From the NCBI GenBank assembly GCA_019118545.1, contig DWYT01000120.1, forward strand, positions 1,568 to 65,567: DNA of 64,000 nt, in the 5' to 3' direction. The stretch's first letter is position 1. Every line of letters begins with the position of its first letter. The notes under the pieces are model-generated. The model had not been told where the DNA came from. It saw only the letters and a list, made by a program, of their open reading frames with translations, and did no database searches. This document shows positions 56,784 through 64,000 of this stretch, piece after piece. This stretch comes from Candidatus Mediterraneibacter merdavium. GTDB taxonomy: Bacteria; Bacillota; Clostridia; Lachnospirales; Lachnospiraceae. The position numbers and the translations under genes are program-made.

Positions 56784-59561
56784 CTAGGACAGATACAGAA
56801 CCACTTCGTGTCTCCCTTCCATGGAACCGTCCACATAACCGGCGGGACGGCCGTCAATTTCCAGTTTTTCAAGCGTGGCGCCCCACCCGTAAATCCGGAT
56901 ATCCAATGTCATCCTGCGATATGAAAGGTTTCTCAGCGAAACACCCGCCAATTCTTTTGATACCGCTGGATGAAAATACATCCCCTTAGTATTGTATTCG
57001 ATTCCAAATACTCCGTAAAGTATGAGCGAGACGAACCCCGCCGCATTCCACAGCTGACCGGGCCATCTCCATGCGATCCCCGAATCCGCGTCTATTACTT
57101 CATAAAACGTCTTATTCATCAGGCAAACTCTGATTTGCTGTGCCAAAAGCCTGCGGATCAGTTCGCTGTCGCCTTCCACGGAAGCGGCCGCCGCAAATCC
57201 CGCCTGCCAGACACCCCATACAGCACCACAGAAATGATTCTTTTCCTTTCGGTACGGAAACAACTTGATTCCATATTCCGTCATAGCTGTGGACTCCAGT
57301 TTCCGCAAAATCATGCGTCGCTGTTCCTTCGTAGCAACGTTGAATTTGGGCCACAATACGCTCTCTTCCCCAGAAGTTTCCCAAAAACCTTTTTCAAACG
57401 ACTGCGAGCCTTCTGGTCCGCTCGTATAGTAACCATACTGCGGATTCCAGTAACATTTCCTGACAGCAGTCCTGATCTTTTTCCCCCGCTCTCTCCAGCG
57501 CTCTATTTCTTCTTTATTGCCATAGCCGATCAATTCCGCAATTGAAACTATCGACTCATACGCTTTCATAAAATAACATTCGGTGCTGAGACTGAATCCT
57601 CCGTTCTCCGGTTCGGGAAAGGCGTCGTTAGACGTGGAATTCAGGGCGGCGACCAGTCCTTTCTTTTCATCAAACCGTCTGTCCGCCTCCTCAATCCCCT
57701 TAAGCAACGTCGGCCACATTTCATATAAAATATCAGTATTGCCTGTGACCAGATAGTAGTCCCAAAGTCCTACCGCTCCCATGGCAGGCCCGTCGGAGCC
57801 ATTGTCAAACCCTTTTTCCATGGCAAAACGAATCGTCTTTTTTGCTCCTTTTGGATCCACCAGAGCGCCGCAGCGAAGCAGCACGTGGGTACTGTCCCTC
57901 AGCCAGACGCCGAACCCCTCCCCCGGTCCCTGAAACAGTCCGGCCGACCACAGTCCCGCCTGTCCGTTTAACGCAAACTTTTTGCGTTTGCATTGTTCGA
58001 ACACATCCAGAGCAACCCGATAGGCCGCGTTCAGACTGGTAACAGGCGAATAGAATTCGGGATACCGTGTCAACGCGGCAGACGCGCGCCAGACATCATC
58101 TCGGTTTACAACGCGAGTCATATCGCCAAACGGCGTTTTTCTCCAGTCAAACTCTTCCACCACCCGCACCGGAGACACAATGATCTCATCCGTTGGAGCC
58201 ACTGCGTCCGGATACCCGTAATTATTATCCCGCACATAATGATTGTGTACAGCGAATTGAGCGCTTTCGTAAAAAACCGGATCGTGGGATTTATCAATGC
58301 CAAAATGCTCCAAATAGCGGTCTGTGTCCTCCTTTCTCTGTAGTCCGTAAACTTCCAGATGTTCTATATGAAATTCTCCTTCTTCCATCCAGATATAAAT
58401 TTCCGGATTAATACTTTCTTTGATCCTGCATTTTTCCAGATTGCCGCTGATCGAATTATCTACGCGTGAAAAAGTCTCGTTTACCGATCGTCTGAGACGA
58501 AAAACAGCTTTTTCTCCACAGATCCATTCTGCACAGCCTGTATCGGCATAGACTGTCATCCGCAGACGTTCTGCAGACGCAGGAATTAAATTGTCCCCCA
58601 CCTGAAGCAATCCGGCATCCCCGTTGTACTTTGCCGAAAATCCGCAGAAATTCATCTGTATTGTCTTCCCTTTTTCTAACCGCAGTTCCAGATGAATCTC
58701 AAAAGCCTTCGCCGTCACATCATCCGATTTCCCTTCCGGCGGAATCAGTTCAATATTAGGCCAGACGCTTGGTTTCACCCGAAACCGTAACAATTCCCGA
58801 AATTCTTTTACCGCGTGAAGATTCTCCCATTCCCGTTTCCATGTACGAAGCTTTTCAATTTGTTTTCCGCCGGAAAGAACAGTTTTCCCATTTGCATCTG
58901 TTTTCAGATACAACGGCGGTGTCATCACATTAAAAAACGGCGAATGATCCCACTGGAAGCTCCGGCTTTTGGCCATGCAAATAGTCCCTTCCTCAAACAG
59001 GTACTCTTCTTCCACATCTCCCACAATATAACGGCTCTGATTCTTTCGAAGACCATCCTTTTTTTCAATCTGTCCGGCCATACGCCTTTCTGTCTGGCAA
59101 ATGATCCCCCCGGCTGTGCGGCCGTTTTCCATCCTTGCCGATATTTTTCTGCCTGTCTCCTTCCCGAACGGATCGTATTCATACTCCGCTTCCCAGTTTT
59201 CTCCGGCGCTGAGAAGCTCCCCTATCCTGTGAAAACTCCCGCTGGGAGGCGTCAGATGAAAAACCGGCCGCCGCCCCCATATACAAGCGTCCTGATCTTC
59301 CCACTGGATACCGGCATACCACTTCTCCTGCTTGCCGTCTTCCGCCTCTATTTGCAGTGCCGCTCCATCTGAGCCTCCGACCAAAATAAGTCCCCAAAAG
59401 TCCACTTTGTTTTCAGAGACCGGAACAAAACCGTCGAACAACAGATTCTTTTCCTCTGGATTTCCGCACAAATTGACCAATATTCTGAGACGAATCTTTT
59501 CCGCGCCCACTTCAATCGGTATTTTCAAATATCCTTTTCCTGTTTTCCATTCTCTGAACAT
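56784..59561 (-). CDS. Chimeric glycoside hydrolase: degenerate GH32-like N-terminal half + (alpha/alpha)6 hydrolase
   Basis: RPVFHLTPPSG without WMNDPNG; MTPPLYL and TVYADTGCAE resemble GH32 C-terminal motifs; GVWLRDS, YLVTGN and QLWNAAG in the C-terminal half. Confidence 0.65.
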   Translation of the reverse strand: MFREWKTGKGYLKIPIEVGAEKIRLRILVNLCGNPEEKNLLFDGFVPVSENKVDFWGLILVGGSDGAALQIEAEDGKQEKWYAGIQWEDQDACIWGRRPVFHLTPPSGSFHRIGELLSAGENWEAEYEYDPFGKETGRKISARMENGRTAGGIICQTERRMAGQIEKKDGLRKNQSRYIVGDVEEEYLFEEGTICMAKSRSFQWDHSPFFNVMTPPLYLKTDANGKTVLSGGKQIEKLRTWKREWENLHAVKEFRELLRFRVKPSVWPNIELIPPEGKSDDVTAKAFEIHLELRLEKGKTIQMNFCGFSAKYNGDAGLLQVGDNLIPASAERLRMTVYADTGCAEWICGEKAVFRLRRSVNETFSRVDNSISGNLEKCRIKESINPEIYIWMEEGEFHIEHLEVYGLQRKEDTDRYLEHFGIDKSHDPVFYESAQFAVHNHYVRDNNYGYPDAVAPTDEIIVSPVRVVEEFDWRKTPFGDMTRVVNRDDVWRASAALTRYPEFYSPVTSLNAAYRVALDVFEQCKRKKFALNGQAGLWSAGLFQGPGEGFGVWLRDSTHVLLRCGALVDPKGAKKTIRFAMEKGFDNGSDGPAMGAVGLWDYYLVTGNTDILYEMWPTLLKGIEEADRRFDEKKGLVAALNSTSNDAFPEPENGGFSLSTECYFMKAYESIVSIAELIGYGNKEEIERWRERGKKIRTAVRKCYWNPQYGYYTSGPEGSQSFEKGFWETSGEESVLWPKFNVATKEQRRMILRKLESTAMTEYGIKLFPYRKEKNHFCGAVWGVWQAGFAAAASVEGDSELIRRLLAQQIRVCLMNKTFYEVIDADSGIAWRWPGQLWNAAGFVSLILYGVFGIEYNTKGMYFHPAVSKELAGVSLRNLSYRRMTLDIRIYGWGATLEKLEIDGRPAGYVDGSMEGRHEVVLYLS

Positions 59562-59584
59562 GATACCCTCTTTTATACGTTACT

Positions 59585-60706
59585 TCAGACAATTTTCACT
59601 GGCAGCGCCGACAGCGCGCTTGTGGGCTCTCCATAATAAAAATATGTACAACACGACCAGTCTTCCTCTCGCTCAAATAATTCCGGGAGCACAACCTTGG
59701 AATCAATCGCTGGAAAATCAATGTCATAGCCGTTCACCGAACGATATGTATAACCCTTTGTCGTCTGATTGAAGAAAAATTTTGCCTTATTTAGCTCGTC
59801 ATCCGTATCAATTCCGCCTATCTGCTGAATCGTCACCCGAATATTCTGATGAAAATAAATCGGATCCGGAATATGAAGACGATAACAAGCGATCTCCATC
59901 TTTTCCTTGTCATAGATTTGACTGCCATGGTATAAATCACAGTAATAGTCCTGCCCCCATGCCGTTGACACATAGTCCTCCACACCGGTGCCGCAAAGCG
60001 TCGGATATTCTTTGTCGCCATCCAGATAAATTTTGACTTCTCCTTCTCCCCACCATGTGTTAAAATACTTTTCCGTGTCACATCGAATCCCCAGATTCAC
60101 TCCAAGATATCTTCCCCTCCCCTCTATTCGGGGAAGAATCTCGAAATCCTTTCCCATTGTGGTCGGATTCTCCCTGTTGAAAAAGCTGTGAAAATACATG
60201 GTATTTTCATCAAAATGATCGCCCAGCGTATAATCTACATCATAATAAAAGTGTCTGATCTGCTGTCCGCTCCGATTTTTTACCACAATTTTCATGCCGG
60301 TTCGAAACGGCATGGGAATAAAACAGTTGAAACTTCTGCCTTCCGGACTGGAAAAAAGCGCGTTTTTCACAATACACATTCTGCCGATTCCATGACAGAA
60401 GAAATCTCCGATTGGCGCGCGAACTGCAGGCCGTTCCATACCGTCCCAGTACATTTCAAGAATAGTTCCGCGCAGCGTAGCCTCATTTCGGGTGTTGATC
60501 GTAATCCATATTCTGCGTATCATACCACTCGTTCCTTCCGCATGCGCAAGTACCACGTCTTCCCCGTTCTCTAACGTAAACCACGCCGCACCTTTCCGTC
60601 CGCCTCTTGCTTTTCCTCCGGCGCCTTTTTCACCATCCGGATTCTCATGACTTGCCCAGCGGGATTTAACGCCCGGTTCCAGTTCAAACAGCCGTTCTCC
60701 AAACAT
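59585..60706 (-). CDS. DUF2961 / GH172 glycoside hydrolase
   Basis: ENPDGEKGAGG, PIGDFF, PMPF, WWGEGEVK, GTGVEDY, YRLHIPDPIYF. Confidence 0.88.
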   Translation of the reverse strand: MFGERLFELEPGVKSRWASHENPDGEKGAGGKARGGRKGAAWFTLENGEDVVLAHAEGTSGMIRRIWITINTRNEATLRGTILEMYWDGMERPAVRAPIGDFFCHGIGRMCIVKNALFSSPEGRSFNCFIPMPFRTGMKIVVKNRSGQQIRHFYYDVDYTLGDHFDENTMYFHSFFNRENPTTMGKDFEILPRIEGRGRYLGVNLGIRCDTEKYFNTWWGEGEVKIYLDGDKEYPTLCGTGVEDYVSTAWGQDYYCDLYHGSQIYDKEKMEIACYRLHIPDPIYFHQNIRVTIQQIGGIDTDDELNKAKFFFNQTTKGYTYRSVNGYDIDFPAIDSKVVLPELFEREEDWSCCTYFYYGEPTSALSALPVKIV

Positions 60707-60718
60707 TTTTCTCCTCCT

Positions 60719-61528
60719 CTATTTAATACCTGTAACCTTGATACCATCCTGTAATTGCTTCTGCATCAGCAGGAATAGAATAAACACAGGAATTGCTGCC
60801 ACTGCCGCCGTCGCGATCACTTCATTCCATGGCGTAGAATAACCGGACACCATATTGGCCAGATAGACCTGCACCGTCTGATACTCTTCTTTCTTATTGA
60901 CAATCAAGGGCCACAGATAATTGTTCCATGTACCCAGAAAAAAGGCGATAGTAAGCGGAACAATCATCGGTTTTGACAGGGGCAGTACAATAGAAACAAA
61001 CATTCTGATCTTTGAACATCCTTCCACTTCCGCAGCTTCTTCCAGTTCCTTTGGAAAATCCATGTAATACTGACGAAACAGGAAAATGCCATAAGCATTG
61101 AAGAAAGCTGGTATGATCAGACCGGCATACGAATTTGTGATACCGAATGCTTTGCAGACCATGAACAGCGGCACCAGAATCGTCGTCGTCGGTATCATCA
61201 GTGTGCTTACAATTGTCCCAAAAATCCACCGTTTCCCCGGAAAGTCAAGACGTGCCAGAGCATAGCCGCACAACGAGTGCAGAATCATAGCCACCACTGT
61301 AACTGTCGTTGATACAAACAGAGAATTTTTGATGCTGTTCAAAAACTCAGAGTTTAAAACCGCTTTCAGGTTATCAAATGTCGGCGATTTGGGCCACAGG
61401 GAAACCACGAACAGCTCACTGGATGTTTTAAACGTGGACATAAACAGAATGTAGATCGGAAACAGAAGAAGCAATCCAAAAGCAGCAAGCAGCACTATTT
61501 TCACTCTTCCCTTTTTCAATGGCTTCAC
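60719..61528 (-). CDS. Carbohydrate ABC transporter permease
   Basis: EAA loop FPKELEEAAEVEG; WNNYLWP. Confidence 0.93.
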   Translation of the reverse strand: MKPLKKGRVKIVLLAAFGLLLLFPIYILFMSTFKTSSELFVVSLWPKSPTFDNLKAVLNSEFLNSIKNSLFVSTTVTVVAMILHSLCGYALARLDFPGKRWIFGTIVSTLMIPTTTILVPLFMVCKAFGITNSYAGLIIPAFFNAYGIFLFRQYYMDFPKELEEAAEVEGCSKIRMFVSIVLPLSKPMIVPLTIAFFLGTWNNYLWPLIVNKKEEYQTVQVYLANMVSGYSTPWNEVIATAAVAAIPVFILFLLMQKQLQDGIKVTGIK

Positions 61529-61531
61529 CTC

Positions 61532-62416
61532 CTATTCTTTCGTCGTCAGCCGGAGCTGAACAAAAGAAAATACCAGCAGACACAAAAACAGAAATACGGA
61601 AAGCGCGGAGCCATAACCCATTTCCATCATATTGAAGGAACGGTCGTAGATATAAAGCGCCCCCACTTCCGTGGCGCTCGCAGGTCCGCCTTTTGTCATC
61701 ACCATAATCAGATCCAATACCTGAAATGAAGCGATCGTCGTTGTAATCAGAATAAATACGCTGGTCTGCTTAATCAGTGGAAAGGTGATATAGCGGAATA
61801 TGTGCCAGCCGTTCGCCCCGTCGATCGTAGCCGCTTCATTGTAACTTTGCGAGATATCTTTAATCGCAGATAAAAACAGTATCATATTGTAGCCGAGATT
61901 GATCCACAAAAGAACTGCAATGATACAAAACAATGCCTGTCCGCCGTCACCTAAAAACCCTTGCTTTTTGATTCCCAGCAGATTCAAAAGTGCATTTAGA
62001 TATCCTCTTTTCTCGTTATACAAAAACATCCAGAGCGTAGACGCGATAACGGATGTGATTGCGAACGGCATCAGAAAAGACGTTTTGATAAAGGATCCTG
62101 CTTTGGATTTTATATTGCTGATTAATACGGCAAAGAATAGCGACGTTACAAAAAGCACAGGTACATAAATCAGCGTCAGCTTTACTGTGCGCAAGAGAGC
62201 CTGCCACCATTCAGCATTGTTCTTCATCCGCACATAATTACCTAGTCCGACAAACACTTTTTCATTAATCAGATCCCATTCAAAAAAACTGATATAGAAA
62301 GCATACAAAATCGGTATAATCACAAAGACGATCAGTCCGATAAAATCCGGTAAAATGAATACATATGCAACGGCGGCTTCCCGCCGTTTTCTCTTTGAAA
62401 GTTTTTTATTTTTCAT
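61532..62416 (-). CDS. Carbohydrate ABC transporter permease
   Basis: Likely start MKNKKLSK; FVGLGNY; EAATIDGA; TKGGP. Confidence 0.93.
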   Translation of the reverse strand: MKNKKLSKRKRREAAVAYVFILPDFIGLIVFVIIPILYAFYISFFEWDLINEKVFVGLGNYVRMKNNAEWWQALLRTVKLTLIYVPVLFVTSLFFAVLISNIKSKAGSFIKTSFLMPFAITSVIASTLWMFLYNEKRGYLNALLNLLGIKKQGFLGDGGQALFCIIAVLLWINLGYNMILFLSAIKDISQSYNEAATIDGANGWHIFRYITFPLIKQTSVFILITTTIASFQVLDLIMVMTKGGPASATEVGALYIYDRSFNMMEMGYGSALSVFLFLCLLVFSFVQLRLTTKE

Positions 62417-62549
62417 AATCCCTTCACCTGCCGACTTTCTCCGACCGCAGCTTTGGTCTTCCAGTCCGTCTCTGCGGCGGTCTGTCTTCTCACATTTGAT
62501 AAAAACAGGACTGCACAGATTCCTGCACAGCCCTGAAAAACAGCTCCAA

Positions 62550-63821
62550 TTAGTTGGAAACATTTTCAATCGTCGTCTGCGCTTCTTTTACCGCGTCAGC
62601 AGCGGAAACGCCGCCAAACATCACGTCCTGAAGCATTTTCCCCATTGCCTCCGTCACTTCCGCAGAATAACTTGGTTCTGGAATGGCAGTATCATAAAAC
62701 TCAGTAAATACAGCTCTCAGACCGCTTTCAAACACATCTGCATTCGCATCGATCACGCTTTGACGGGCCGGATACGCAAATTTCGCTTCAGTAGTCCATT
62801 CCGCCGCTCTGGTGATATCGTCGCTTCCGTACAGGGAGAAAATAAAGTCGGCCGCTTCGTCCGGATATGGGGAATCCGCGTTGATCGCCAGTTTCTGTCC
62901 TCCTGCAACAGTGATAGAATTGTTATTCGGCGAAGGAAGCGCAACCACGCCGATGTTTACATCCGGGTAATCGTTTTCCGCCGCGTTGATCACATACGTT
63001 CCAGACACCTGCATTGCAGCGACTCCCGTCCCCACGTTTCCGATATCCCACGGACCGATCTGCAGGGAGCTGGGCGATAGACCTTCCTGATAGAAGCTTC
63101 CCCAGTATTCCAGAGCTTTGATCATTTCCGGAGAATCCACCGTGACGTTTCCTTCTTCATCATATACGTCGGCGCCTGCCATCCACATAAAAGGCCACCA
63201 GTTAAACAGTGTATAACTTGTCTCCTCTACCGGAAGTACCAGACCATAGACATCGTCCGTCGTCAGTGCCTTTGCCGCTTCATACAGTTCATCCCATGTC
63301 GTCGGAGGCGCGATTCCTGCTTCTTCCAGCATATCTGCATTATAGAAAAGTCCCAACGTTTCCATCTCGATTGGAAGCGCGTAAATCTTTCCATCCACCG
63401 TAACCGCATCGAGAACCGACGGCAGAATATCTGCTTTCAGTTCTTCCGTGTAATAAGGAGAAAGATCCATGAGCATTCCTTTGTCCGCATACTTGGTAAA
63501 TGTAGCCGGCTCTACATACAGAATGTCCGGCGCCTCTCCGTTTGCATAAGCCGTCGGAATCAAGGTCGTCGTATAGTCCGACTGATTCACAACCGTATGC
63601 TCAATCTGTACATCGTCATGCGTAGAATTGTATTCTTCCACAACGTTTTCCAGAAAGTCTGCTTCCGCGCCTGCGTGGAAAGACCAGAACTTCAAAGTCT
63701 TCACACTGTCTGCATCTTTTGCCGCCTCGCCGCCATCAGAGCTGCCTTTACCGCCGCAAGCCGTCAGAGACAATACCATCGCAGCCGTCATTATAATTGC
63801 CGCCAGTTTTCTCATTTTCAT
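62550..63821 (-). CDS. Sugar ABC transporter substrate-binding lipoprotein
   Basis: Lipobox LTAC; APDI, DGKIYALP, LFYNADML, PTTWDEL; GGAGG RBS. Confidence 0.92.
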   Translation of the reverse strand: MKMRKLAAIIMTAAMVLSLTACGGKGSSDGGEAAKDADSVKTLKFWSFHAGAEADFLENVVEEYNSTHDDVQIEHTVVNQSDYTTTLIPTAYANGEAPDILYVEPATFTKYADKGMLMDLSPYYTEELKADILPSVLDAVTVDGKIYALPIEMETLGLFYNADMLEEAGIAPPTTWDELYEAAKALTTDDVYGLVLPVEETSYTLFNWWPFMWMAGADVYDEEGNVTVDSPEMIKALEYWGSFYQEGLSPSSLQIGPWDIGNVGTGVAAMQVSGTYVINAAENDYPDVNIGVVALPSPNNNSITVAGGQKLAINADSPYPDEAADFIFSLYGSDDITRAAEWTTEAKFAYPARQSVIDANADVFESGLRAVFTEFYDTAIPEPSYSAEVTEAMGKMLQDVMFGGVSAADAVKEAQTTIENVSN

Positions 63822-63849
63822 AACATCTCCTCCTTTTTGATTCATTTTT

Positions 63850-64000
63850 CTATTTCCCGTCAAAGATATCTTTGACCTTTCGGGACAGTTCAATATTTCC
63901 TCTGGAAGACGCTTCCGTCCTCTCAGCATTCAGATGATTCTGATGTATTTTCTCTGCCATGAATTTCTCATGCCGTTTTTTTGAAGACTCTTTTGCCTCC
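63850..64000 (-). CDS. Possible 3' end of an upstream gene (partial)
   Basis: Open frame ...EAKESSKKRHEKFMAEKIHQNHLNAERTEASSRGNIELSRKVKDIFDGK* stopping 28 nt before the SBP start. Confidence 0.4.
   Translation of the reverse strand, partial: EAKESSKKRHEKFMAEKIHQNHLNAERTEASSRGNIELSRKVKDIFDGK

Overview
A 64-kb chromosomal segment of a Clostridia bacterium, most likely Lachnospiraceae (inferred from gene content and sigma-A promoter style). Almost every gene is on the minus strand. Left to right: (1) a GldA/F/G-like ABC system with a DUF4340 protein; (2) a seven-gene operon under a c-di-GMP-I riboswitch: VTC polyphosphate-polymerase domain, DUF4956, CotH kinase, GH-like protein, HEAT protein, processive GT2 and a degenerate-GGDEF/EAL protein; (3) a selenium-utilisation cluster (yedF, selD, LysR, cysteine desulfurase-like, yedE, tusA-like, DUF3343); (4) methyltransferase, CAT-like, Sir2, HD and Lys/Ala-rich genes; (5) a full FASII/acc operon with an accD-accA fusion, a FabX-like flavoprotein and a MarR/FabT-like regulator; (6) an Rpn nuclease preceded by tandem structured repeats; (7) pur and pyr genes; (8) DUF2752, CD225 and an ECF S component; (9) an EF-G/TetM-like GTPase fused to a NYN/YacP nuclease; (10) a LacI-regulated sugar ABC locus with GH172 and a chimeric GH32-remnant/(alpha/alpha)6 hydrolase. 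Several intergenic regions hold long structured elements, including two related rod-like hairpins (about 21.1-21.5 kb and 32.6-32.9 kb). The best candidates for an undescribed system are the c-di-GMP-switched VTC/DUF4956/CotH/GT2 operon, the GTPase-NYN fusion, and the structured intergenic elements. All calls come from reading motifs by eye; no searches or folding programs were run.
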